DNA of 64,000 nucleotides from positions 1,376,001 to 1,440,000 of the forward strand of contig OZ243961.1 in the NCBI GenBank assembly GCA_965214605.1. Reading direction: 5' to 3'. The stretch's first letter is position 1. Each line of letters begins with the position of its first letter. Of the stretch, positions 40,659 through 49,894 are shown piece after piece. The DNA is from an uncultured Candidatus Binatia bacterium. Its GTDB lineage: Bacteria; Desulfobacterota; Binatia; Bin18. The notes beneath the pieces are model-generated. The model had not been told where the DNA came from and ran no database searches. It worked only from the letters and a program-made list of their open reading frames with translations. The position numbers were made by a program, and so were the translations under genes.

Positions 40659-41633
40659 TCAGCGGCTGGGGTCAAGCACTGCCGCCGTCCCCATACGCCG
40701 AAACTTTTCGTAGCGTCGGGCCAGCAGCTGATCCAGCGGCAGGCTAACGACCTCGTGCAGATGACGGGCGAGAGCCTGCCCAACGGCGGTCATGGCCGCC
40801 TGCGGATGGCGATGCGCTCCGCCCTGCGGCTCAGGTACGATCTCGTCAGTTACCCCTAGGCGCAAGAGATCAGGGGCGGTAATCTTCATCGCTTCAGCTG
40901 CCTTGGCCACCCGTTCGGGGGCGCGCTCGCCGTACAGAATAGCGGCGCAGCCTTCCGGGGTAATGACCGAATAACACGCGTGTTCTTGCATCAAGACCCG
41001 ATCACCGACCCCCAGTGCTAAAGCTCCACCACTGCCTCCTTCGCCGATCACCACCACAATCACAGGCGTCCGTAACCCGGCCAGCTCACGGATATTACGG
41101 GCAATAGCTTCAGCCTGGCCGCGCTCTTCGGCACCCACTCCAGGGTAAGCGCCTTGGGTATCAATAAAGGACACCACCGGGCGCGCAAAGCGCTCCGCTA
41201 GCTGGAACAAACGCAGCGCTTTTCGGTACCCCTCTGGACGGGGCATGCCAAAATTCCGGTAGACCTTTTCCTGGACCGTTCTGCCGCGCTGGTGCCCGAC
41301 GATAACGATGGCTCGTCCCTGGAAGCGGAGCAGGCCACCGACAATGGCCGGGTCATCGGCAAACGCTCGGTCGCCGTGGAGTTCGACGAACTCGCTGCCC
41401 AAAAACCGAATATAATCCAGGGTATAGGGCCGGTCGGTATGGCGCGAGAGTTGGACCCGCTGCCAGGGCAGTAGGGCCTTGTAAATCTCCGCCTCCTGAG
41501 CCTGCTGCCGTTCGGTCAGCCGGACCAGCTCGGCCCGCTCCTCAGCCGAGCAATCTTCTCGGCGACCCAGCACCTCAATCCGCTCATCGATCTCGCTCAG
41601 CCCCTGCTCAAAATCCAGATAGGTCGTCTGCAC
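40659..41633 (-). CDS. accA: Acetyl-CoA carboxylase carboxyltransferase alpha
   Basis: YLDFE, ELHGDRAFADD, PEGYRKALR, GEGGSGGALA. GTG 41633 follows AAGGGAGA. Confidence 0.97.
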   Translation of the reverse strand: MQTTYLDFEQGLSEIDERIEVLGRREDCSAEERAELVRLTERQQAQEAEIYKALLPWQRVQLSRHTDRPYTLDYIRFLGSEFVELHGDRAFADDPAIVGGLLRFQGRAIVIVGHQRGRTVQEKVYRNFGMPRPEGYRKALRLFQLAERFARPVVSFIDTQGAYPGVGAEERGQAEAIARNIRELAGLRTPVIVVVIGEGGSGGALALGVGDRVLMQEHACYSVITPEGCAAILYGERAPERVAKAAEAMKITAPDLLRLGVTDEIVPEPQGGAHRHPQAAMTAVGQALARHLHEVVSLPLDQLLARRYEKFRRMGTAAVLDPSR

Positions 41634-41647
41634 AGCTCTCCCCTTAA

Positions 41648-42568
41648 TCAAGTCTGTAAAAATCTTACGACCATAGCCCGAATCTGGCCGAGTTGGTCTG
41701 GCCCAAACCAACACACCTCGGGATCAGCGCGAAACCATGTCATCTGCCGTTTGGCCAGCCGCCGGGTGTGTTGAGCCATGTTGGCCAGCGCCTCTTCCAG
41801 CCTACACCCGTGCTCAAGGACACGTCGCATCTGGGCATAGCCAATCGTCTGTAGAACGGGCAGGTCGGGGCTGTAGCCCCGCTGCCACAGCCCGCGCAGC
41901 TCTTCCGCTAACCCGTTCTTGACCATCTGCCGGCAGCGCAGACTAATCCGTTCGTATAGGCGGGCACGGTCTAGATCGAGTCCAATTATCAAGGTGTCAA
42001 AAGGTCGCTCTCGAAAGCCGTGCTGCGCCTGCCACTGACTGAGCGGGGTACCGCTGAGTAGAAACACCTCTAAGGCCCGGATGAGGCGCAGGACATCGCG
42101 CGGATGCAGGCGGGCGGCGGTTGGTGGATCGCACTGTTGAAGCTGGCGGTGCAAAAAGCCGCCGCCCGCTTCGTCTTCCTGCTGCTGCAGACGGGCTCGC
42201 AGCGCGCTATCGGCCGGCGGGCCATCGAACAGTCCGCATGTCAGGGCTCGGATGTAGAGCCCGGCCCCGCCAACCACAAAGGCATGTTTTCCGCGCCGCA
42301 CAATATCGTCGATGGCGGACTGAGCCAGCTTACGAAAACGCGCCACATCAAAACCCGCATCCGGCTCAACCACATCGAGCAAATGATGGCGAGCGGCGCG
42401 CCGTTCGTGGGGTGTGGGTTTAGCCGTCCCGATATCAAGATGGCGGTACACCTGGCGGGAATCAGCGCTCACGATTTCGGCGTTACATTGGCCGGCCAGC
42501 TCAACCCCCAGGGACGTTTTTCCGCTGGCCGTTGGTCCGGCAATTACAACAAGCTGCGGCTTCCCCAT
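41648..42568 (-). CDS. miaA: tRNA dimethylallyltransferase
   Basis: GPTASGKT, SADSRQVY, DIGTAKP, AKRQMTWFR. Confidence 0.98.
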   Translation of the reverse strand: MGKPQLVVIAGPTASGKTSLGVELAGQCNAEIVSADSRQVYRHLDIGTAKPTPHERRAARHHLLDVVEPDAGFDVARFRKLAQSAIDDIVRRGKHAFVVGGAGLYIRALTCGLFDGPPADSALRARLQQQEDEAGGGFLHRQLQQCDPPTAARLHPRDVLRLIRALEVFLLSGTPLSQWQAQHGFRERPFDTLIIGLDLDRARLYERISLRCRQMVKNGLAEELRGLWQRGYSPDLPVLQTIGYAQMRRVLEHGCRLEEALANMAQHTRRLAKRQMTWFRADPEVCWFGPDQLGQIRAMVVRFLQT

Positions 42569-42579
42569 GTTCCAATGAT

Positions 42580-43239
42580 TTACACTTTCGGTCGGTCGGC
42601 GCTAAAGACGCCATACTCGTGCAGCACTCGAGCGGTATGCGGTGCGAGCTGCTTGTGCTCACACTGTTTGAGATCTTCCACCGAGTCCAGATCGAAGCGG
42701 ATGCTTGGCGCCTCAACAACACGACACGCAATACCCTGTTGACGGGCGGCCTTCTGATGGGCAGCCAAGCTTGGCCCGCCAAAACACGGCTGCATGACCA
42801 ACGGGGGCACACGCATAAAGGCGTTAGTCCCGTCCCCGTACTTACAGCGCACGAGCAGGATCTCGGGCTGACCGCTCAGCTGGGCGAACAGCCGGGCGAT
42901 GTCTTGGGGTCGGATAAGCGGCAAATCAGACAGCAACACCAAGAGCGTCGTTGCCCCGCGGTGCAGACAAAAGTCCGTCCCTAACCCGGTCGCCCCATTC
43001 AGTCCACGCGGATGCCCCTCATCGACGGTCGCAGCTCCCAGATCCCGGGCCAGAGCGAGCAGGGACGGGTCAGAGCTGACCACCGCGACCCGATCGACTG
43101 CCGAGACCTGAAAAACACTCGTCACCACATCGGTCAGCATGGCGCGCGACAGGGCCCGCCGGGCCGTCTTGGACAGTATGGGCGACAGACGGGTTTTCCC
43201 CCCGGCCAGGGCTTTAATCGGCACCAGTACGAAGTTCAT
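42580..43239 (-). CDS. cofC: 2-phospho-L-lactate/PEP guanylyltransferase (F420 biosynthesis)
   Basis: VPIKALAGGKTRLS, AMLTDV, GLNGA, SDLPL, GDGTNA, FGGPSLAAH, DLDSVEDL. Confidence 0.88.
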   Translation of the reverse strand: MNFVLVPIKALAGGKTRLSPILSKTARRALSRAMLTDVVTSVFQVSAVDRVAVVSSDPSLLALARDLGAATVDEGHPRGLNGATGLGTDFCLHRGATTLLVLLSDLPLIRPQDIARLFAQLSGQPEILLVRCKYGDGTNAFMRVPPLVMQPCFGGPSLAAHQKAARQQGIACRVVEAPSIRFDLDSVEDLKQCEHKQLAPHTARVLHEYGVFSADRPKV

Positions 43240-43337
43240 AACAGTTCCATAGTGACGAATTTCTGCTTGCTGAACAAGAGCGGGTATGCTTACACTAGAG
43301 TCTTTGCAGATTTTGAAGGAAGGGATGGAGAATAGGG

Positions 43338-44555
43338 ATGAGACAGGTGGCTATCGTTGGAGCGGGTATGACCCGTTTTGCCAAACACATCGACCGGAGC
43401 ATGAAAGATTTGACCCGTGAGGCGATTGAAGCTTGCCTGAACTCGTCCGGCGTCAACAAAAAGAGCCTGGAAGCCGCAGCCGTCGGCAACGCCATGGCCG
43501 GTTTGCTCACCGGCCAAGAGTGCATCCGCGGCCAGGTCGTACTGCGCGACGTGCGCATAGCTGGCATTCCGGTTATCAATACCGAAAACGCCTGCGCTAG
43601 CGCGGGGACCGCTTTTCATCTGGCTTGGCTGTACGTTGCCTCCGGCATGTACGACACCGTCCTGGCCGTCGGCATGGAGAAGCTCTTTCACCGCGATAAA
43701 AGCCGCTCGCTTGCCGCCCTGGGCAGTGCAATTGATGTGGAGCTGATGGAGCAAACGGTTGCCACGATGAACGAGGCAACCGCTGACAATGGCGTCAAGG
43801 CCGGAGCTGGCAAGCCACATAGCCTGTTCATGGACTTTTATGCCCAGCTGGCTCGTGACCATATGGACACCTACGGCACGACCAAAGAACACTACGCCAA
43901 AATCGCAGCCAAAAACCATACGCATGGCAGCCTCAACCCTCACGCCCAGTTCCAAACGCCGCGCAGCCCCGAAGAAGTCCTGGCCGCACCACTGATCGCC
44001 GACCCGTTGACCCGTCTGATGTGCTCACCGATTGGCGATGGCGCGGCCGCCGTGGTGTTGACGAGCACCGACACAGCCAAGCGGTACACGAGCCAACCGG
44101 TTTACATCAGAGCCTCGGCCTTGTGTTCGGGCCAAGACCACCAGCCACACGAACCCAGCATTAGCCAACGCACGGCCCACACCGCGTATGAAGCGGCCAG
44201 TATTGGGCCCCAAGATCTAGACGTCGCCGAAATCCACGACGCCTCGGCCCCGGCTGAGCTGATGCTGTATGAAGAGCTGGGTCTGTGTTCGGTCGGTGAC
44301 GGCGGACGCCTCATCGACGAGGGGGTAACCGCCCTCGACGGCCATCTCCCCGTCAACCCCAGCGGGGGTCTGCTGGCCAAGGGCCATCCGGTTGGCGCCA
44401 CCGGAGTAGCCCAGATCGCCGAAATCTTCTGGCAGCTACGCGGCCAAGCGGGCAAACGCCAGGTTCCCCGGGCTAAAGTCGGACTGACCGAGAACGGCGG
44501 TGGCATGTTGCGCGGTGAGGCCGCTGCGGTGGCCGTTCATATTCTGAGTGTGTAG
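43338..44555 (+). CDS. Second SCP2-type thiolase family protein
   Basis: ENACASAG, AEIHDAS, GGLLAKGHPVGATG. Confidence 0.92.
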   Translation: MRQVAIVGAGMTRFAKHIDRSMKDLTREAIEACLNSSGVNKKSLEAAAVGNAMAGLLTGQECIRGQVVLRDVRIAGIPVINTENACASAGTAFHLAWLYVASGMYDTVLAVGMEKLFHRDKSRSLAALGSAIDVELMEQTVATMNEATADNGVKAGAGKPHSLFMDFYAQLARDHMDTYGTTKEHYAKIAAKNHTHGSLNPHAQFQTPRSPEEVLAAPLIADPLTRLMCSPIGDGAAAVVLTSTDTAKRYTSQPVYIRASALCSGQDHQPHEPSISQRTAHTAYEAASIGPQDLDVAEIHDASAPAELMLYEELGLCSVGDGGRLIDEGVTALDGHLPVNPSGGLLAKGHPVGATGVAQIAEIFWQLRGQAGKRQVPRAKVGLTENGGGMLRGEAAAVAVHILSV

Positions 44556-45127
44556 TGCGTATTATCGCCGGGTCACGCGGTGGCCTCCAACTCAAAGCGC
44601 CCAAGAGCTACACAGTCCGGCCAACCGCCGATCAGGTCAGAGAAGCAATTTTTAATATCCTGGTCAGCCGCTTTCCGCTCCAAGGGACGGCCATCCTTGA
44701 CCTTTTTGCCGGCACTGGTGCGCTAGGCCTCGAAGCCCTGAGTCGGGGAGCTAAGTCGGCCGTTTTCGTTGATCAACATCCGGAAGCCCAGCGTACGATT
44801 CGGACGAATCTGCGCACAACCGGCTTGCGCCAGCGGGGCCGTATTTTGCGCGCCTATGCCGCAACCGGGCTGAAAATTGCCGCTCAGCAGGGGTTACGCT
44901 TCGAGGGGGTCTTCGTCGATCCGCCATACGGCGAGGGCTGGGTGGACAAAATACTCCGGACCTTGGCCAGCGGCCCCCTCCTCAGCCCAGACGCCTGGGT
45001 CGTAGTCGAGCACGATCCCCGTGAGAGCGGGGCTGAGGCTTACCTCCGTTTGGTATTGACGGATCGCCGTCGTTACGGCAAAACCGGGGTGTCCTTCTAT
45101 CAGTATCGAGACGAGGAGGCCGCGTGA
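44555..45127 (+). CDS. rsmD: 16S rRNA m2G966 methyltransferase
   Basis: MRIIAG, RPTADQVREAIFN, LDLFAGTGALGLEALSRGA, DPPY. Confidence 0.96.
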   Translation: MRIIAGSRGGLQLKAPKSYTVRPTADQVREAIFNILVSRFPLQGTAILDLFAGTGALGLEALSRGAKSAVFVDQHPEAQRTIRTNLRTTGLRQRGRILRAYAATGLKIAAQQGLRFEGVFVDPPYGEGWVDKILRTLASGPLLSPDAWVVVEHDPRESGAEAYLRLVLTDRRRYGKTGVSFYQYRDEEAA

Positions 45128-45648
45128 AACGTCGGGGTATTTACCCAGGCTCTTTTGATCCACCGACCTACGGTCACATTGACATTGTCCGTCGCAGCTT
45201 AGAGATTGTTGACGAGGTCGTTGTGGCGGTGGTGTATAACCCACAGAAGCCAAACTATCTGTTCACGCCGGAGGAACGCCTCAACATGTTCCGTGAAGAG
45301 TTCCAAGAGGCTGGTGACCGAGTGATCTACGACAGTTTTTATGGACTGCTGGTTGACTATGTTGAGGAAATGCGGGCTACCATCGTGATTCGCGGCCTGC
45401 GGGCGGCGTCCGACTTTGAGTACGAATTTCAAATGGCTCTCATGAATCGACACATGAAACCGAACATTGAAACGATTTTTTTAGCGACCGGTGCCGCCCA
45501 TTTTTACACCGCCTCGCGCCTGGTCAAAGAAATTGCCAGCTTTGAGGGATCGGTCCGGGGACTTGTCCCACCCCACGTCGAACAACGTCTGCGAGAAAAG
45601 CTGGCCGAAAACTCCGAAGCGCCCGCAACCCCACATAGAAAACCATGA
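45124..45648 (+). CDS. coaD: Pantetheine-phosphate adenylyltransferase
   Basis: YPGSFDPPTYGH, IRGLRAASDFEYE. Confidence 0.97.
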   Translation: MKRRGIYPGSFDPPTYGHIDIVRRSLEIVDEVVVAVVYNPQKPNYLFTPEERLNMFREEFQEAGDRVIYDSFYGLLVDYVEEMRATIVIRGLRAASDFEYEFQMALMNRHMKPNIETIFLATGAAHFYTASRLVKEIASFEGSVRGLVPPHVEQRLREKLAENSEAPATPHRKP

Positions 45649-46847
45649 CGAAGCTCGCCACACGTTTGTCACTCATCAAGCCCTCTCCCACTTTAGCCGT
45701 CACCGCCCAAGTCGCCGCGTTAGGCCGCCAGGGTATCAGCGTGATTGATTTCGGCGCCGGAGAACCCGACTTTGATACGCCCGACCATATCAAAGCGGCG
45801 GCTGTGGCCGCTATCAAACAGGGCCAGACAAAATACACCCCAGTCGGCGGAACCGCCGCCCTCAAAGAGGCGATTATCACTAAACTGGAACGGGATAATG
45901 GGCTCAGCTATACATTGTCAGAGGTAACCACAAACTCAGGTGGTAAACACACCTTATTCAACGCCTTCCACGCCCTGTTTGGAGCGGACGATGAAGTCCT
46001 GATTCCCACCCCCTATTGGGTCAGTTATTCCGACATGGTGATCCTGACCGGCGCACGGCCAAAGCTGCTGCCAACAACCGAGGAGACTGGTTTTAAGCTG
46101 ACCGCCGAGCAGCTCAGAGCTGCCATTGGTCCCAACAGCAAGGCCCTGTTGCTCAACAGCCCCTCAAACCCAACCGGTGCAGCCTATACGGAACAAGAGC
46201 TAGGCCGGTTGATTGAAGTGATTGAGCAGACAGCCTTGATCGTTATTTCGGACGATGTCTACGAGAAATTTTTGTACGATTCGCCTCGTTGTGCCCAGAT
46301 TTTGGCCCTCAAACCCAACCTGCGTGATAGAGTCCTGCTGGTCAACTCGGTTTCTAAGACCTACGCCATGACTGGCTGGCGCTTGGGGTATGCGGCAGGT
46401 CCGGCAGATCTGATCAAGGCGCTTGAAACGATCCAGAGCCAGAGCACCTCAAATCCCAGCTCTATTAGCCAAGCGGCGGCAGCGGCGGCTTTGACCGGGA
46501 CCCAAGAGCCGGTCGGCGTTATGGCAGCCGAGTTTGCCAAACGTCGCAACTACATCGTCGACCGCCTGCGCGCCATTCCCGACATCACCTGCACCCTGCC
46601 AGAAGGCGCCTTCTACGTATTCCCCAATGTGTCCGGCTACTTTGGAACAACAGGGCAGGACAGACGGATCGCATCGGCGACCGACCTTGCTCTATATCTG
46701 CTCGAAGAGGCCCGCGTTGCTCTAGTCGCCGGCGAGGGTTTCGGCGCGCCCAACAACGTCCGTATCTCGTATGCCACGTCAATGGCAAACCTAGAGAAAG
46801 GCATGGATCAGATTGAGGCCGCGCTCAAACGTTTAGGTCGGAGCTGA
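45645..46847 (+). CDS. Aspartate aminotransferase family (class I PLP)
   Basis: GEPDFDTP, NSPSNPTG, DDVY, SKTYAMTGWRLGY. Confidence 0.95.
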   Translation: MTKLATRLSLIKPSPTLAVTAQVAALGRQGISVIDFGAGEPDFDTPDHIKAAAVAAIKQGQTKYTPVGGTAALKEAIITKLERDNGLSYTLSEVTTNSGGKHTLFNAFHALFGADDEVLIPTPYWVSYSDMVILTGARPKLLPTTEETGFKLTAEQLRAAIGPNSKALLLNSPSNPTGAAYTEQELGRLIEVIEQTALIVISDDVYEKFLYDSPRCAQILALKPNLRDRVLLVNSVSKTYAMTGWRLGYAAGPADLIKALETIQSQSTSNPSSISQAAAAAALTGTQEPVGVMAAEFAKRRNYIVDRLRAIPDITCTLPEGAFYVFPNVSGYFGTTGQDRRIASATDLALYLLEEARVALVAGEGFGAPNNVRISYATSMANLEKGMDQIEAALKRLGRS

Positions 46848-46972
46848 AGGCCGGTGTTCTCGGTCGAGCGACTGCGTGCGGTCGTCTCTTGCGACCGCGC
46901 ACGGTGCCAAAATCGAATGCAATCCACATCGTTGCGCGACTCTCTTAACGGCGGGAGCGTCTGATATTCCTG

Positions 46973-47181
46973 AACGACGAGGCTGCGGACGTCCTGCAGG
47001 AGACCGAGGGCTTCGAGTTCATCCCCACGGCGCTCGGAACCCGCAAGGCCTTCGGCAACGCCGCGGCTCAGGGCCCCTGGCCGTCAGCGAGCTCAGGCCG
47101 CCAGACCTCAAGGCAGCCCAGGAAGTCGGCACGTTGTACAGGTATCTGTATGATGTCAGAGGAATATCAGGAGGATATTAA
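46973..47181 (+). pseudogene. 3' fragment of plasmid-type ParA ATPase
   Basis: NDEAADVLQETEGFEFIPTALGTRKAFGNAAAQG / frameshift / LAVSELRPPDLKAAQEVGTLY. Confidence 0.7.
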
Positions 47182-47193
47182 CCGGGAGGCTGC

Positions 47194-47444
47194 ATGACTA
47201 TTGCCCGCAAACCCAAAGGCAGGCCCCAAGCCTCGGAGAGCAAAATCGCCGCGCTCATCGACAAGGGCGGCAGCACGCGGCCAGGCCGTAACAGCTGCGC
47301 CCAGACGACCTGGGCGGTGGCGCTGCGGATTCCAGGACCGCTGGCGGACCGCCTGACCCGGGCGCTGGAAGAAAAATGACGCGCATGCCGAGGCACACGC
47401 GGATCCTTGAAGCTATCGTTGAGAAGCTCGACCGCGAGGCTTGA
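47194..47444 (+). pseudogene. Frameshifted ParG/CopG-like RHH partner of ParA
   Basis: RBS GGAGG. MTIARKPK..IAALIDKGGS..VALRIP..LADRLTRALE / frameshift / RMPRHTRILEAIVEKLDRE. Confidence 0.6.
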
Positions 47445-47520
47445 GCACCTAAGTCGCGGGTAGCACGCTACCACGGAACTCCCCCGACACAGCCAGCTCG
47501 GCACATGAGGGCTTGTGCTC

Positions 47521-47915
47521 ATGGCGGATATTTACCAGCCCACGACAGGCTTTTCCGATCCGTCTTTTCCGACGCCTCCGAGGCGGCCGCCTTGCCCCAG
47601 GCGGCCGCCCTGCCCGAGACGCTCCAGAACACCTTCTCTTTGAGCACCAGTCGTCACCAGCCCCATGGATACGTCTTCGGCTCCTCCGGTACTGTTGCAG
47701 AATCTGGGAAGCCGACCGGCGTGACGATCCGGATCGTCGCGAGCTGTGCCCGATCGTGCCGGTAGTATTTTATCAGGGAGCTCGTGGTTGGAACCATTCG
47801 ACCGAGTTCAGCCACCTTTTTCCCGAGGCCGCACGGGCCTTGCCGTGGGTGCCACGGTTCACTCACGAGTTGATCGACCAGACTGCCCTCGCGCCGGAGG
47901 TGGTGGCTGGTAGCC
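47521..47915 (+). pseudogene. 5' fragment of Rpn (YhgA/Transposase_31) family nuclease
   Basis: MADIYQP/HDRLFRSVFSD.. then LLFEHQSSP..LRLLRYCCRIWE..PIVPVVFYQG..W. Frameshifts and an internal deletion. Confidence 0.85.
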
Positions 47916-47929
47916 TCAGTTGTTGCGGG

Positions 47930-48145
47930 ATGTGCCGGGGATGGGCTCGGCGATCTCGTCGAGGCGCCAGGGCTCGTCGCGGAACAGCTCGTGATGTAGC
48001 GGGGATGCACGGGGTTGTGGGTGAGTACACCCATGTACCTGGGCGCCGTAGGCCTCGGTGTAGTACTCGGCAATCCGGGCGAGCAGGCGAAGCGGCCACT
48101 ACTGGGCGTCTGCGGTCCGCAGGACGGGCTTGGCCAGAGTGCTGG
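47930..48145 (-). pseudogene. Fragment of ColE2-type plasmid replicase
   Basis: TLAKPVLRTADAQ*WPLRLLARIAEYYTEAYGA / RYMGVLTHNPVHPRYITS / FRDEPWRLDEIAE matches the pattern PV..PL.YLAAI..GAD.GYSG.LTKNP.HP.W..Y.L.EL. Confidence 0.65.
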
Positions 48146-48189
48146 GCTTCGGTGTCGCGGTCGAGTACCAGCGCGGTCCGCGCAGTTGC

Positions 48190-48390
48190 GCTGTGGATGC
48201 CTCAATGACGTTCCACGTCACCCCGACCCGCAACAGACCTTCTACCACTTCGACTTGAGATTCTGTCCGCCCTTTGGCTTCGCTTTTCGCCCAGCCTTCG
48301 GCCAGCAGTTCCTCTGCATACGTCGATCGCACCTTCTTGCTGCTCAAGTCCGTGGTGCCTGGTCGCCTGATCGAGGCGACCCTGTTGGTG
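48190..48390 (-). pseudogene. 3' fragment of Rpn family gene on the opposite strand
   Basis: RHHGLEQQEG / TYAEELLAEGWAKSEAKGRTESQVEVVEGLLRVGVTWNVIEAST, typical of Rpn C-termini. Confidence 0.7.
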
Positions 48391-49011
48391 GAGCCGAATG
48401 CGCTAAGCCCTAGATGATACGATAAGCCATACCCACTACGGGGGGCGTGGCAATCTCTCTCCCTAAACGTGAGGCCTTCATAGATTGCAATTAGGAAAGA
48501 GTCACTAGCCTCGACCGCCGTGACACCGATAACCGGTTTGTGTATCTGAGAGACAACGAAAGGGTAAGGATAGAGTTGCCCTCTCATTCCAAGTTCCGAA
48601 GGCTTGCCCGCCAGCTCCCGGACGGCCTGCTCCGGCCCGTCTAGCGGCTGGAGGACGTCTCACAAGGGGGCGGCGAGTGCCGTCTGCAAGAAATCCCCAA
48701 AGCTCAGAGCTGTTGTGTCATGTTCTAGGGCGCATCCTATGCTGGGGCGACGATATTGTTCCCCAACACGACGTCATCGCGCAAAGCAGTGTGGGACGTC
48801 TCGCAATACCCCTTAGAGTTCGGCTCTCTACGCTAGGACGCGGTTGTCATTCTAAACACTTTCTGGTTTTCGATTTTTCTCAATCTTGTCGGAAGGAACG
48901 CGCCTGGAACGTAACTATCTGTATTTGTTGGATTATTTCTTAGGCGCTGGTTCTTTACATACAGCGTGTCAACCCTAATCGCAACACCGCGACTCCGGCG
49001 ACGGCGAAATC

Positions 49012-49329
49012 TTACGCAACCGCCCCGAGACCGTGCTTCGCCACCAGCGTCAGCAGCTTCAGCGAGGTGCCGCCCGGGCGTTTCTCGCCGCGCTCCCACT
49101 GGCTCACCAGCCCGGTCGTCACGTTGAGGTAGCACGCGAACACCGCCTGGCTGGCATTCTCGCGAAGTCGAAGCGTGCGGATGTCCTCCGGCGTCATCTC
49201 CTCGACCGGCGTCAAGCACCTCTCGTCGAAGACCTTCATCGTCCGCTTGGACATCACCCCCGCTTCCGCCAGACCGAGCGCCGCCTCATGGGCTGCCGCC
49301 AGCGCTTCACTTTTGTACTGTCTAGTCAT
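49012..49329 (-). CDS. Cro/C1-HTH antitoxin (HigA-like)
   Basis: MTPEDIRTLRLRENASQAVFACYLNVTTGLVSQWERGEKRPGG. Overlaps the toxin stop codon. Confidence 0.92.
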   Translation of the reverse strand: MTRQYKSEALAAAHEAALGLAEAGVMSKRTMKVFDERCLTPVEEMTPEDIRTLRLRENASQAVFACYLNVTTGLVSQWERGEKRPGGTSLKLLTLVAKHGLGAVA

Positions 49330-49696
49330 CGCATGTCACCTCGATAATCGCCCCAGCCGCCAACACCGCCGCGAGACCCAGCGGGTCCAGCGCCAGATAC
49401 TCGTCGGCCAGCAGCCGGAAGGTCACCAACTCGTCCCGGCGCAGGTTCTCCCGGCCACTCTTGGCGAATCCGTACACGAAGAACGCCAGTTCGCCCCGGC
49501 GAAACAGCACGATCGTGCGGAACCCGCCGGATCGACCACCACCCTTTCGGGCGATGCGCTGCTTGATGACGCCTCTGCCGAGATCGGCATCCACCAGTCC
49601 GTTCGCGATGCGCCCCACGGCATCGCACAGCGCACGGTCCCCAACCCCCTCGCGACGGGCGAAACGCGCGAAGGCCCTGGTCATGAACGTGCGCAA
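49322..49696 (-). CDS. RelE/ParE-family toxin (DUF1044-like)
   Basis: FARFARREG, ADLGRGVIKQRIAR.GGGRSGGFR, FFVYGFAKSGRENL. Confidence 0.92.
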   Translation of the reverse strand: MRTFMTRAFARFARREGVGDRALCDAVGRIANGLVDADLGRGVIKQRIARKGGGRSGGFRTIVLFRRGELAFFVYGFAKSGRENLRRDELVTFRLLADEYLALDPLGLAAVLAAGAIIEVTCDD

Positions 49697-49894
49697 TCCC
49701 GGTCCCGCTCGTATTCCGATTCCGTCACGCCGGGAGATATAGCACCCGGTATCACATCAATCAAGCCGGGTCAGGGCTCGTTTTTTGTCGACCTGGCGGG
49801 CGGTGCGCCCTTAGCGGTCCATTTGGGTACGCGTTTCGTTGTCAGCGTACCGAATTGAGCCTCATGGAGCTGCCATCGACCCCACCCCAATCGC

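Noticed and set aside
48400-48940. Short ORFs between the Rpn tail and the TA pair
   Set aside because: No recognisable motif in the frames I read. Probably decayed cargo, but I cannot support a call.
48945-48980. TACATACAGCGTGTCAACCCTAA, reminiscent of an IS terminal repeat
   Set aside because: No partner inverted repeat or transposase was found, and the resemblance is from memory only.
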